Part shown: one piece after another, positions 17,405 to 27,310 of the stretch | How positions within the stretch are numbered: the first letter of the stretch is position 1 | Layout: every line of letters begins with the position of its first letter | NCBI GenBank assembly: GCA_016182085.1 | Contig: JACOYB010000009.1 | Coordinates: 1,393-65,392, forward strand | Direction: 5' to 3' | Source: Candidatus Magasanikiibacteriota bacterium | GTDB taxonomy: Bacteria; Patescibacteriota; Patescibacteriia; Magasanikbacterales; GWA2-37-8 | DNA: 64,000 nt | Notes under the pieces: generated by a model | Seen by the model: the letters and a program-made list of their open reading frames with translations, nothing else | What the model was told of the DNA's origin: nothing | Database searches by the model: none | Translations under genes and position numbers: made by a program

Positions 17405-19588
17405 TTAGTTGCTAGTTATTTTTACATTACCGCTTGAAATCCATTTGGCCATTTTGCTTGCTTCTTGGTCCTTACCTTTGCCGCCCATCGTAATAATCGT
17501 ATATTGTTTTTTAGTTTTAACGGATTCTATTACCATCATGGTAACCACGCCGGCCTCATCGGTAGATCCGCTTTTACTGGCGATAATTTTATAATTTTTT
17601 GTTCCCGCCGGAGCGTAAATTGTAGGGCTAGTGACCGTATGTTTGGCGGCTTTACCCGCTTCTTTAAATGTATAACCAGTTTTGGCTAGGGCAGTTTTTA
17701 TAGTGGCATTTTCCAAAACTTTGGTTATGATTTTTAAAGTATTGCGCGGGGTTGATTTGTTCTTAGCGTTCAAGCCGGTAACATCTACAATTGTGGTGTC
17801 ATCCGCGCCCCAGTTTTCCAATCTGGTTCTGATGTTTTCAATAAATGCGGTTTCCGAAGATGCACTGGAATTTTGAGCCATCATCCGAGCGGTATTATTG
17901 GTGGAACCGATAAGCATCGCACTAAATATGTCGGTATTAAGCAGGGTAGCACCATTTTTTAAAGGTACGTTTCGGCCGGATGATTTTTGTTTGGCGCTGG
18001 AAAATACGGATGATTTGGTAAGACTGAAATCTTGATTTAAGGCTTCGTATGCAACCAGCAGCTTGGTTAACGATGCCGAAGAACGAGCTTGATCTATATT
18101 TTTTCCGGAAATAATGCGACCGCTTGGGTATTCGGCAACCAAATATGCCGGAACCGAAGTTTTGAACAGGTCGTCAACTTTTACTTCGCTGTCTCCCAGA
18201 TATTTATTGCGAGAAGAAATAAGACTGCCGTTTATAAAGATAGGCTCGGCTTCCAAAATATTTACCAGGGTAATTGGGGCTACCACCAGGACATTTTCTC
18301 GTTTATATCCCAAGGCCGCGAATGTATCAACATCGGCAATTAAACGTTTCTTTCCATTTTCTATAACATATACATTACTGCTATCTTTTGTTCGTAACAA
18401 GGTGCCGTCTTTGAAATTAAGCGGAAGGTTGGCAACCTCTATATTTTTTATGTCTTTCAAGGTATGTTTTTCAACCGCTAAATTTTTATAATTTGTCGCA
18501 ACAATGCTTTTATCGGTAATTGGATATAAAACACTATCTTTGAGCAGGTAGTAGGTATTGTTAAGATCGGTAATTTGGTACACGATGCCTTGAGGCGCGG
18601 CAGTCTCGGTGGTAATAACAGAGCCTAGAGGGTAGCCGGCAATATCCGCGTCAGTTATGTCTATGAATTCATCTGGGTTATAACCCATTTTTCTGACAAC
18701 TTCAGCCGAAGCAAACGGACGCAGCGCATCATAATCTAACAGATAAAAACCGCCTGGAGTTTTAAGAATTGAGTAATTTGGAAAGGAAATTTCCGTACCA
18801 GTTTGATAATTGCTTAGTTCGGAATCGGGGACAGCCACAATCATTTTTGGGTCCGCGCGGCTAAGAAGCGTAGCTTGATTTTTAAATTTGCGTTTTACGT
18901 TATTTTGAATAAGCCAAACTTCGCTTGTTAATTCTGAACGCAACAAACTGCCGTTTGGATAAATTTGCGTGAACCAGGTATTCCAAATACGCCAGAAATT
19001 TTTATTGCCATGCAAGTGTGGGGTGTAGGTGTACAAAAAAGCCGTTGCCCAGCTTTGCGGAATAATAATCTGATTATCTATGGTGGTATTTTGATCTTTT
19101 TTCTTAACAAATGAACGATCGCTATTATTGTAGTACCAGCGGATAATACCGGCTGCGTTATCTACTTGTTTGCCAAAACCTTTGAATTTTAAAACATTCG
19201 GATCGCTGAGCGAACAGCTGTCGCAAACCCCGTAACCGGCAGCCCAATCCAGTTGCTTTTGAGTCGGCGCGTCATCGGTTACAAGGCTTTGTTCTTTTTG
19301 TAGCGTTACCAAAATATATTTTGGATTTATCTGGTATTCCAAAGCGGTTTGGTGGATAATTTCCGCGGCTGATTTTATTTGGCCGTTTAAATCCTCAGTC
19401 CTAAGAGTAGAAAGATAACTGCCTCTGTCTTCTAAAAATTTTTGTACATCACCCAAGCCCCAGTTGGCTGTGCTCTGCATTTCTTCATCGGAAATAATAA
19501 ATTGCGGGTTGAATTCTACGGCTGCTAGAGCGGCGGAAGAGGGAAGGAGAAGGAGAGCGGTGATAAAAAAAGTGATAATTTTTTGCAT
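17405..19588 (-). CDS. Secreted multidomain protein with C-terminal D-Ala-D-Ala carboxypeptidase (S11)
   Basis: Signal peptide. SxxK (ASLTK), SxN (STN) and KSG motifs. N-terminal INP..ILVTLQKEQSL domain. Confidence 0.75.
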   Translation of the reverse strand: MQKIITFFITALLLLPSSAALAAVEFNPQFIISDEEMQSTANWGLGDVQKFLEDRGSYLSTLRTEDLNGQIKSAAEIIHQTALEYQINPKYILVTLQKEQSLVTDDAPTQKQLDWAAGYGVCDSCSLSDPNVLKFKGFGKQVDNAAGIIRWYYNNSDRSFVKKKDQNTTIDNQIIIPQSWATAFLYTYTPHLHGNKNFWRIWNTWFTQIYPNGSLLRSELTSEVWLIQNNVKRKFKNQATLLSRADPKMIVAVPDSELSNYQTGTEISFPNYSILKTPGGFYLLDYDALRPFASAEVVRKMGYNPDEFIDITDADIAGYPLGSVITTETAAPQGIVYQITDLNNTYYLLKDSVLYPITDKSIVATNYKNLAVEKHTLKDIKNIEVANLPLNFKDGTLLRTKDSSNVYVIENGKKRLIADVDTFAALGYKRENVLVVAPITLVNILEAEPIFINGSLISSRNKYLGDSEVKVDDLFKTSVPAYLVAEYPSGRIISGKNIDQARSSASLTKLLVAYEALNQDFSLTKSSVFSSAKQKSSGRNVPLKNGATLLNTDIFSAMLIGSTNNTARMMAQNSSASSETAFIENIRTRLENWGADDTTIVDVTGLNAKNKSTPRNTLKIITKVLENATIKTALAKTGYTFKEAGKAAKHTVTSPTIYAPAGTKNYKIIASKSGSTDEAGVVTMMVIESVKTKKQYTIITMGGKGKDQEASKMAKWISSGNVKITSN

Positions 19589-19741
19589 AGAAAATAAGGG
19601 AAAATAACAGGATTTCTTAATACCTAATTATAACACACTTTGCTTTGGCGCTCAATCTCTTATTTTTAGCCAAAAAATTGACTTTTATATATAAATTTGT
19701 TTATATATTCGCACGGATTTTACCGTAGAAGGACGTGTGCC

Positions 19742-20449
19742 ATGTTTGTTTCCTCTCTCGTTACGTTCAATCTGGCGGGGTTGTGCGATCTTCCGTCAGA
19801 TCTGGGGCGGTCGCTATCTGCTGGTGAGATCAGTCATATCCTTGAAGTGTGTGGAGCGCTTTGGCTCCATGATGGTGATGCTCATAGGCCGCATGCGGAA
19901 CTTACTTCAGGTAAGTGCAGCGATGGGTTTGTGAATGTGCAACAAGCACTTTGCCACACTCCAATCGCCGAGATCTTGGCTGACCAGCTGATGCTGAAAG
20001 TGAGTGATGTCTACCATGGCCCAGTAGATTGGGTTGCGGGTTCGGATCATGCCGCAGCCACCCTTTCGTATAGCGTTGCCGTCAGAAACCGTGCCAGGCA
20101 CGATTTTACGGAGAAGGGGGATGGCAAATCTCAGAAGTGGAGCCGGTTCAAGATCGGTCCGGGCGAAGCGGTTCTGCAGGTGGAGGAGTTGATCACCACA
20201 CTCTTGACGATGGAGGCCGTGCGAAAAGGTATTCGCGCCGCTCATGAGTGGAATATTACCTTTACTCCGGTTGTTGGAGTTTTGGTCAATCGATCTTCGG
20301 CACAGGAGTTTGAAGGAAGTCCGATCGTATCTCTGGCTACATACGATATCAAGACTTGGGAACCATCTGATTGTCCGTTGTGCGCGGCTGGTTCCAAGCG
20401 TGTGCGACCCAAGGCCAACTGGGTTGAGCTTACTGGTCGAGCTACCTGA
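19742..20449 (+). CDS. pyrE: Orotate phosphoribosyltransferase-like PRTase (divergent)
   Basis: HAELTSGKCSDGF, VLQVEELITT, C-terminal CPLCAAG. Adjacent to pyrF. Confidence 0.75.
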   Translation: MFVSSLVTFNLAGLCDLPSDLGRSLSAGEISHILEVCGALWLHDGDAHRPHAELTSGKCSDGFVNVQQALCHTPIAEILADQLMLKVSDVYHGPVDWVAGSDHAAATLSYSVAVRNRARHDFTEKGDGKSQKWSRFKIGPGEAVLQVEELITTLLTMEAVRKGIRAAHEWNITFTPVVGVLVNRSSAQEFEGSPIVSLATYDIKTWEPSDCPLCAAGSKRVRPKANWVELTGRAT

Positions 20450-20492
20450 CGAGCTGGCAACTAGAGTCTGTTTAGAATCGGAGGGTTTAATG

Positions 20493-20560
20493 AAACTGCC
20501 CGTCGATTCGTTAGATTTTTATAATAGAAATTTAGCGAATCGGGCAGTTTTTGTTTTTTA
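20493..20560 (+). terminator. Long bulged hairpin plus T-tract after pyrE
   Basis: AAACTGCCC[GTC]GATTCGTTAGATTTTT...AGAAATTTAGCGAATCGGGCAGTTTTTGTTTTTT. Confidence 0.7.
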
Positions 20561-20651
20561 GAAATTTTGACATACCTTTTTACTTGCTATAGACTTCTTT
20601 CACAAGAAGGGCTTACAACAAGCCCATCACAATTTGGGGAGGTATTTTGTC

Positions 20652-21350
20652 ATGATGCAATCGCGTTTGACTGCCAATCATGTTGTTCTAGCCGCCGACA
20701 CCCTTACACTCGAGCAGTGTTTGCGGCTCGGTCCGCTCATCGGCAATCGCGTCTACGCCGTCAAGATCCATGTCCTGTGGGATCGGCATGGGCCATCGGT
20801 CGTCAATCAGCTCAAGGAAGCTGGTTTCCGTCGGGTTTGGGTGGACCTAAAGCTGCACGATACCTCGGACACTGTCGCATTGCGCGCGAAAGAGGTGGCT
20901 GAGGCTGGAGGTGATATTGTGAGTGTGCACATATCTGGCGGCAAGAGGATGATGCAGGCTGCGAAGAAGTCAGGGATTAAGGTCTTCGGCATCACCATCC
21001 TTACCTCGCTTGAAGAGCGTGAGGTGATGGAGGTCTACCGTAGCGACGTGCTGCAGAACGTGATGTCGCTTGCGCTCAAGGCAAAGCAAGCGGGGATCGA
21101 TGGGGTCGTCTGTTCACCGCGAGAAGTTGTGGTGCTTGCTAGCTGGAACGAACTCGCTGGTCTCAAGTTCGTCACTCCCGGTGTTCGTTCGCCGGGAAAG
21201 GAAGTTCATGATCAGAAGCGTGTGGGTACGCCAGCCAAGGCCAGGGAGGACGGTTCCAACCTTCTTGTCATGGGTCGTCAGCTCACGGAGGCGGAAGATC
21301 CGGTTGTTGAGCTGGATCATGTCGAGGGGGAACTCAGCCTGCCCTCGTGA
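20652..21350 (+). CDS. pyrF: Orotidine-5'-phosphate decarboxylase
   Basis: LAAD, VDLKLHDTSDT, GITILTS, DGVVCS, VTPGVR, DQKR..TP, VMGR. Upstream TTGACA-N17-TAGACT and GGGGAGG. Confidence 0.93.
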   Translation: MMQSRLTANHVVLAADTLTLEQCLRLGPLIGNRVYAVKIHVLWDRHGPSVVNQLKEAGFRRVWVDLKLHDTSDTVALRAKEVAEAGGDIVSVHISGGKRMMQAAKKSGIKVFGITILTSLEEREVMEVYRSDVLQNVMSLALKAKQAGIDGVVCSPREVVVLASWNELAGLKFVTPGVRSPGKEVHDQKRVGTPAKAREDGSNLLVMGRQLTEAEDPVVELDHVEGELSLPS

Positions 21351-21477
21351 GGTACACTTCGTCGGTTGTTCTGTCGCTACAAGAAGTGATAGAACAGTCA
21401 GCAAGGTCTCCTGTTGTTGCTGTGCTAAATATTTATTAATTTAGTAGAGCAACGGAGATCTTGAAAATAGGAATTAT

Positions 21478-21511
21478 AAATAAACCGCTCAATTTCTCGA
21501 GCGGTTTATTT
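21478..21511. terminator. Bidirectional terminator between convergent pyrF and clpB
   Basis: AAATAAACCGCTC-N8-GAGCGGTTTATTT. Confidence 0.75.
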
Positions 21512-21543
21512 ATTTTAATTTCCGAGTATGTATGAAAAATACC

Positions 21544-24177
21544 TTAGTGCTTTTCCAAAACAATTTTATTTCTTCCCGCGCTTACCTTTACCATATCGCC
21601 AGGTTTAAACCGTTTTTCAATCAAATCCATGGCCAGTAAATCCAGAAGTTCCGTTTGAATAACTCGTTTCAGCGGTCTGGCGCCATAATTTTCATCAAAA
21701 CCTTTTTTAACCAAATATTTTTCGGCGCTGGCATCAATCTCAAGCGTAATTTTTTGTTGCAATAATCGTTCCTTTACTTTTTCCAGCTGCAATTTTACAA
21801 TGCGGGAAATATCTTTTTCAGTTAAGGAATGGAAAATGATAATATCATCTATACGGTTTAAGAATTCCGGTTTAAAATGGTTTTTTAACCCCTCCATGAT
21901 TTTTTCTTTCATGGTTTTTTCGTTACGGTTTGTTTCGCTGCCATTGAAACCAAATTCACCCTTTTTATTCCAATCAAGAATTAAATTGCTGCCAATGTTG
22001 CTGGTCATAATTACCACCGTATTTTTGAAGTTTACTTTTCTTCCTTTGGCATCGGTCACATGGCCGTCATCCAAAATTTGCAACAAAATATTAAAGACAT
22101 CCGGGTGCGCTTTTTCAATTTCATCAAAAAGTATGACCGAATATGGTTTGCGGCGTACAATTTCCGTAATTTGGCCGCCTTCCTCAAAGCCTACGTATCC
22201 GGGAGGGGAGCCGATAATTTTGGAAACTGCGTGTTTTTCCATATATTCACTCATATCCACGCGGATCATGGCATTTTCCGTATCAAACATAAATTCAGCC
22301 AGCGCTTTGGCAAGTTCGGTTTTACCAACACCCGTTGGGCCTAGAAAAATAAACGACCCGATAGGGCGGTTTGGTTCGGCAATACCCGCACGCGAACGGC
22401 GAATAGCGTTGGAAACCGCTTTTACCGCTTCTTCCTGGCCCACCACTCGTTTGGCCAAATCATTTTCCATGTGGGCTAATTTTTCCGCTTCGGTCATCAG
22501 CATTTTGTATACCGGAATGCCGGTCCAGCGAGCCACAACCCTAGCAATGTCTTGTTCGGTAACTTCTTCCTTTAGAATGCCGCTGCTTTTTTGAATATTA
22601 GCGAGCTTGATTTCTTCCTGGCGCACCTCGGCTTCCAAAGCCGGAATTTTTCCATACCTAATTTCGGCTACTTTTTGCAAGTCGCCACGGCGTTCCTCAA
22701 TTTCCGCTTTTTGGCGGATTTCCTCAATTTCTTTTTTATGTTTATGAATGCTGGTGATAATTTCTTTTTCATTTTTCCATCGGGCCTCCAGTTCGGTGCT
22801 TCTATCTTTAAGTTCCGCCAGGTCTTTTTCAATTTTTTCCAATCGTTCCTGAGCTTCCTTTTCTTTTTCTTTTTTTAAAGCGCGTTTTTCAATTTCCAAT
22901 TTCATCATGGCCCGTTTCATTTTATCTAGTTCATCGGGCATGGAGTCTATTTGCAAACGCAAAGCGGAAGTCGCTTCATCTATTAGGTCTATAGCTTTGT
23001 CCGGCAAGAAACGATCAGCAATATAGCGCTGCGACAAATCCACGGCCGCCAAAATCGCCGTATCGGTAATACGCACACCATGATGCACTTCGTATTTTTC
23101 TTTAATTCCGCGCAAGATAGCGATAGCATCATCGCGAGATGGCTCGTTTACCATTACCGGTTGGAAACGTCGCTCCAAGGCCGCGTCTTTTTCTATGTAT
23201 TTTTGATATTCTTTTAGAGTCGTAGCGCCAATCGTATGCAGTGTGCCGCGAGATAGAGCTGGTTTAAGCATATTGGATGCGTCCATTGATCCTTCGGAAG
23301 AGCCGGCACCAACAATCGTATGCAGTTCGTCAATAAACAAAATTATTTTGCCAGCAGATTGATCTATTTCTTTTAACACGGCCTTAAGACGGTCTTCAAA
23401 TTCACCGCGGAATTTGGTGCCGGCAAGCAAGGCGCCAATATCCAGCGTGATTACTTCTTTATTTTTTAATGATTCCGGAACATCGCCGTTTACAATTCGT
23501 TGCGCCAAACCTTCGGCAATAGCTGTTTTACCGGTTCCAGGTTCACCGATAAGTACCGGATTATTTTTTGTACGGCGGCTTAAAATTTGAATAACACGGC
23601 GAATTTCATCGTCGCGGCCAATTACGGGATCAAGTTTTTCTTTGTATGCCAAATCAGTTAAATTTTTTCCATACTTTTCCAAGACATTATATTTACTTTC
23701 GGGTTCCGGACTATCTACTTTTTGGTTGCCGCGAATGCCGGCCAAAACTTTTAAGGTTTCATCGTAGTTTACAGTGTTAGCTGCCAGCAAGTCGTGTATT
23801 GGATTATGGCCAACTAAAAAAGATAAGAACAAATGTTCCACGCTAATATATTCATCTCCCATTTTTTTGGCTTCACCGACGGCAGTTTGGAAAATATAAA
23901 TCATGCCCTGGCTAAGCAAGATTTGGCCAATGCCGCCAGCAGGCATAGCGCCGGGCTGTTTAGGCAATTTGTCTATCAAACTTTGCGCGCCGGCTTTAAG
24001 GGCAATGATATTGGCATTGAATTTATGTAACACTGAAACAACTACACCATCGGTATCTTCCAGTAAGGCAAAAAATAGGTGGGGAGGTTCAATTTGGCTT
24101 TGCCCGTTTTCATAAGCGATTCGGGCGGCATTTTGGATAATTTCTTGGGATTTATTTGTAAAGTTTTGGGGAATCAT
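21544..24177 (-). CDS. clpB: ATP-dependent chaperone ClpB
   Basis: Two AAA modules (GEPGTGKT and GPTGVGKT), [15 protein letters not shown], middle coiled coil. Confidence 0.97.
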   Translation of the reverse strand: MIPQNFTNKSQEIIQNAARIAYENGQSQIEPPHLFFALLEDTDGVVVSVLHKFNANIIALKAGAQSLIDKLPKQPGAMPAGGIGQILLSQGMIYIFQTAVGEAKKMGDEYISVEHLFLSFLVGHNPIHDLLAANTVNYDETLKVLAGIRGNQKVDSPEPESKYNVLEKYGKNLTDLAYKEKLDPVIGRDDEIRRVIQILSRRTKNNPVLIGEPGTGKTAIAEGLAQRIVNGDVPESLKNKEVITLDIGALLAGTKFRGEFEDRLKAVLKEIDQSAGKIILFIDELHTIVGAGSSEGSMDASNMLKPALSRGTLHTIGATTLKEYQKYIEKDAALERRFQPVMVNEPSRDDAIAILRGIKEKYEVHHGVRITDTAILAAVDLSQRYIADRFLPDKAIDLIDEATSALRLQIDSMPDELDKMKRAMMKLEIEKRALKKEKEKEAQERLEKIEKDLAELKDRSTELEARWKNEKEIITSIHKHKKEIEEIRQKAEIEERRGDLQKVAEIRYGKIPALEAEVRQEEIKLANIQKSSGILKEEVTEQDIARVVARWTGIPVYKMLMTEAEKLAHMENDLAKRVVGQEEAVKAVSNAIRRSRAGIAEPNRPIGSFIFLGPTGVGKTELAKALAEFMFDTENAMIRVDMSEYMEKHAVSKIIGSPPGYVGFEEGGQITEIVRRKPYSVILFDEIEKAHPDVFNILLQILDDGHVTDAKGRKVNFKNTVVIMTSNIGSNLILDWNKKGEFGFNGSETNRNEKTMKEKIMEGLKNHFKPEFLNRIDDIIIFHSLTEKDISRIVKLQLEKVKERLLQQKITLEIDASAEKYLVKKGFDENYGARPLKRVIQTELLDLLAMDLIEKRFKPGDMVKVSAGRNKIVLEKH

Positions 24178-24212
24178 ATATAGGGGGTAGTTAAGTAAAG
24201 AGTAGGGAGTAG

Positions 24213-24239
24213 TTATCACTCTATAGATAGGAGTGATAA
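24213..24239. promoter_or_regulatory. CIRCE-like (HrcA) operator upstream of clpB
   Basis: TTATCACTC-N9-GAGTGATAA vs canonical TTAGCACTC-N9-GAGTGCTAA. Immediately downstream of a minus-strand TTGACA-N16-TATACT promoter (24241-24268). Confidence 0.8.
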
Positions 24240-24305
24240 CAGTATAGCATCTTGTTAAATCATGTCAAGTTTGATAGTATTTTCATTATATTCTAGCATA
24301 ACCGC

Positions 24306-25007
24306 ATGGCAAATACGAATAAAAAAATCATTCCAGAACATATAGCTATAATTTTAGATGGCAATCGCCGTTGGGCCAAAGAAAGAAGCTTGCCTACTTT
24401 TTTTGGCCATAAAAAGGGTATGGAGAATGCCAAAAAAATAGTTATATACGCGCAAAAAGTTGGGATAAAAATTATTACCATGTTTGCCTTTTCTACGGAA
24501 AATTGGTCGCGTTCGGAAAAAGAAGTAAATTATCTCATGAAGCTTTTTGAAAATTATTTGGATAAATACATTGATGAGTATCATAAACGCGGCATAAAAT
24601 TCAGGCATATTGGCGCGTTGGAAAAATTACCTGTGTCGCTGCAAAAGAAAATTAAAAATGCCGTTGAGTTAACCAAAAATAATACAGGCATTGTTGCTAA
24701 TTTGGCTCTAAACTATGGTGGCCGAGATGAGATAAAAAGAGCTGTGCAAAAATTGATAAGTGAGGGAGTGAAAGCTGGTGATATTACTTTAGATTTAATT
24801 AGTGAAAGTTTGGATACGGCTGGATTACCAGATCCAGATTTAATTATTCGTACTTCTGGTGAACAGAGAACTTCTGGTTTTTTAATTTGGCAGGGCGCAT
24901 ATAGCGAACTGTATTTTCCGAAATGTCATTGGCCGGATTTTGATGAAAAAGAATTTGATAAAGCAATAAAAGAATTTAATAAGAGACAAAGACGGTTTGG
25001 AAAGTAA
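24306..25007 (+). CDS. uppS: Polyprenyl (undecaprenyl) diphosphate synthase
   Basis: HIAIILDGNRRWA, AFSTENW.R, NYGGR.EI, PDLIIRTSGEQR.SGFL.WQ. Confidence 0.97.
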   Translation: MANTNKKIIPEHIAIILDGNRRWAKERSLPTFFGHKKGMENAKKIVIYAQKVGIKIITMFAFSTENWSRSEKEVNYLMKLFENYLDKYIDEYHKRGIKFRHIGALEKLPVSLQKKIKNAVELTKNNTGIVANLALNYGGRDEIKRAVQKLISEGVKAGDITLDLISESLDTAGLPDPDLIIRTSGEQRTSGFLIWQGAYSELYFPKCHWPDFDEKEFDKAIKEFNKRQRRFGK

Positions 25008-25013
25008 TTTTAT

Positions 25014-26330
25014 ATGAATAACCCAGAAAATCCTCAAGAATTATTAGAATGCTTTGACGAACAAGGTGTTATTATCGAGCCTCATACCCGTACGGAAGTG
25101 CATGCTAAGCCTTTACAGTATTGGCACGGTGTCGTCAATGTTTGGCTTGTAAATAGCGCTGGTGAGTTGCTATGCTCAAAACGTGCCGAAAATTTGTCTG
25201 GCAATCCGGGGAAATGGCAAACTTATTTTGGCGGACATATAAAAGCCGGGAAAAGTTTTAAAGAAAATGCGGTGTTGGAATTAAATGAAGAGGCGGGTGT
25301 AGAGATTGATCAAAATAACTTATTTTTAATTGCAAAAGGTACGAACGATGCGGATAAGCATTATTTTGAAAGTTATGCGTATTTATTTAATGGTTCAGTT
25401 AATGATTTGAAATTTAATGATGGAGAAGTAACTGAAGCCAGGTGGTATACAATGGGCAATTATTGGGCAGAAAGAAATAAAAATTTAGAAAATTGGTGCA
25501 ATGGCTGTAAACCTGAGAATCAGGAATTGATTAAAAATTGGTTAGCCTTAAGTACACAAATTTTAGGTATAAATGTTAGCAATATATCTAAAAAAAGTGC
25601 TTTGGAAAAAGTAGTTGAGTTTTTAAAATCGGATAATCAATATAAAATATTTACACCAAATCCGGAAATGGTAGTAAAAGCACAAAAAGACGAATATTTT
25701 AAACAAGTTTTAAATAGCGGTGATTTGAATTTGTGTGATGGTATGGGCCTGCAGATTTTTACTGGAATAAAACGAATTCCAGGTGTAGATTTTATGTTAG
25801 AAGTTTGTAAGTTAGTGGCGGAGCAGGGGAGAGGAGTCTATTTATTGGGTTCTGGAAATGACAAGGTGGTACAAGGTGCTTGCCAAGAGTTAAGCAAAAA
25901 ATTTCCTAATTTAAAAATATCTGGGTATAACAAAGGGCCGGTATTGCAAGAGGTTTGTCATTCTGAGCAGAGCGAAGAATCCCTCTTGTCCGAACGAAAG
26001 GGATCCTTCACGTCCGTTCAGGATGACAGCGTTATTGTAAATGAGATTAATCAATCTGGAGCGGCAGTTTTATTTGTCGCCTTTGGCATGGGTAAGCAAG
26101 AAAAATGGATTTATGAAAATTTAAGCAAAATGCCGAATGTAAAAGTGGCTATGGGAGTGGGTGGAGCATTTGATTTTATATCTGGAAAAATAAACCGCGC
26201 CCCTTTATTTTTACGTAAGTCTGGGTTAGAATGGGTCTATCGTTTGATCCGGGAACCAAAGCGAATCGGCAGGATTTTTAACGCGACTATTAAATTTTGC
26301 TACCTGGTATTTAAGAGAAAAATATTATAA
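25014..26330 (+). CDS. NUDIX (IDI-like) domain fused to a WecB/TagA/CpsF glycosyltransferase
   Basis: N-terminal GGHIKAG....NAVLELNEEAG. C-terminal TPNPE, CDG.G, RIPG.D, VAFG.GKQE.W, GVGGAFDF, RAP..., GLEW.YRL..EP.R. Confidence 0.85.
   Translation: MNNPENPQELLECFDEQGVIIEPHTRTEVHAKPLQYWHGVVNVWLVNSAGELLCSKRAENLSGNPGKWQTYFGGHIKAGKSFKENAVLELNEEAGVEIDQNNLFLIAKGTNDADKHYFESYAYLFNGSVNDLKFNDGEVTEARWYTMGNYWAERNKNLENWCNGCKPENQELIKNWLALSTQILGINVSNISKKSALEKVVEFLKSDNQYKIFTPNPEMVVKAQKDEYFKQVLNSGDLNLCDGMGLQIFTGIKRIPGVDFMLEVCKLVAEQGRGVYLLGSGNDKVVQGACQELSKKFPNLKISGYNKGPVLQEVCHSEQSEESLLSERKGSFTSVQDDSVIVNEINQSGAAVLFVAFGMGKQEKWIYENLSKMPNVKVAMGVGGAFDFISGKINRAPLFLRKSGLEWVYRLIREPKRIGRIFNATIKFCYLVFKRKIL
25956..26028. 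repeat. Family-A inverted dimer in frame in the TagA/WecB domain (CHSEQSEESLLSERKGSFTSVQDD)
   Basis: TGTCATTCTGAGCAGAGCGAAGAATCCC...GGGATCCTTCACGTCCGTTCAGGATGACA. Confidence 0.92.
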
Positions 26331-26334
26331 TTTT

Positions 26335-27288
26335 ATGGCTGAAAAGTTTAGACCAGATTTTCTTTCTGCAACTCCAGATATTCAAGTTGGCCCGTTAGCT
26401 AACGATGAATACGGAGAAGGATATTTGGTGCGTGTGGGTAACCTGGAAGGTCTGCCGGAGCATGTTAAAGAGCAAGTTCCTAATGGCTTTGTTTTAAAAG
26501 AGTATAAATCATTTGTAGCAAATTATGGCACAGGCCTAATGACTGGAGGGGGTATATTTTCTCTTGTGCCAGGCCCAGAGCGGAATTTTGTATTAAGTTT
26601 GAAAGCCGCGATAGAAAATTTTGCGCGAAAAAATAAGCGTTTTCCTTCCGAAGAAGAAGTTAGAGTAGAAATTGTTGCGGACTCATCCTTTCAAGATCAA
26701 TTTGGCGGTAGGGCCGCCTGCAAAGATCTTTACTATCGAACTTACACTAAAGCGGCTGAAGCAGAACTATTACGTAGACACACAGTTATAAAAAACTATT
26801 TTGCTAAATCTTTACCCGACCTTGTTGTGCCAACACGTATTTTTATAGATAATGATGTGAAAGTTAAAGAAAAACGTATATATGAACTTCAGCCCCGCGT
26901 AGAGGCCGTGCCCTTTAAAAAATCAGAAGGAGCAGGGGTATTTGATTCAGAAACAGGACGAACAATGATAGGGTGGGATGTGGGGGAAGCATTTATTCAA
27001 CGTATTAAAGAAAAATTTCCAAAAAAGATACCTTTATTTAAAAAAGAGCTTATTACTTTTATTGAACAAATAAAAAAAATGCCTTCCGAAACAGGCTATC
27101 TGCCTTATGATTGTGCCCACCTTTCTAATCTGTTATTCACAGAAAATGGATTAAGACTAGCGGACACAAATGCGGTTATCCCGATTCCATCCGAACCATC
27201 TGAGGAGGAAAAAGAGCATATTGAGATATATATGGAACACTTTAACCACGATATAAAAACACTGGAGTTATTAGAGGCAAGACTGTAA
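26335..27288 (+). CDS. Hypothetical protein, possible kinase-like fold
   Basis: FVLKEY (beta3 Lys), D.....N segment (YDCAHLSNLL) and LADTN. Confidence 0.55.
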   Translation: MAEKFRPDFLSATPDIQVGPLANDEYGEGYLVRVGNLEGLPEHVKEQVPNGFVLKEYKSFVANYGTGLMTGGGIFSLVPGPERNFVLSLKAAIENFARKNKRFPSEEEVRVEIVADSSFQDQFGGRAACKDLYYRTYTKAAEAELLRRHTVIKNYFAKSLPDLVVPTRIFIDNDVKVKEKRIYELQPRVEAVPFKKSEGAGVFDSETGRTMIGWDVGEAFIQRIKEKFPKKIPLFKKELITFIEQIKKMPSETGYLPYDCAHLSNLLFTENGLRLADTNAVIPIPSEPSEEEKEHIEIYMEHFNHDIKTLELLEARL

Positions 27289-27310
27289 ATTATGATTATT
27301 TAATATTTTT

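Noticed and set aside
21800-22594. Long antisense ORFs opposite clpB, mreB, atpA/atpD and the oxidoreductase genes
   Set aside because: They are shadow frames of conserved genes with no independent motifs.
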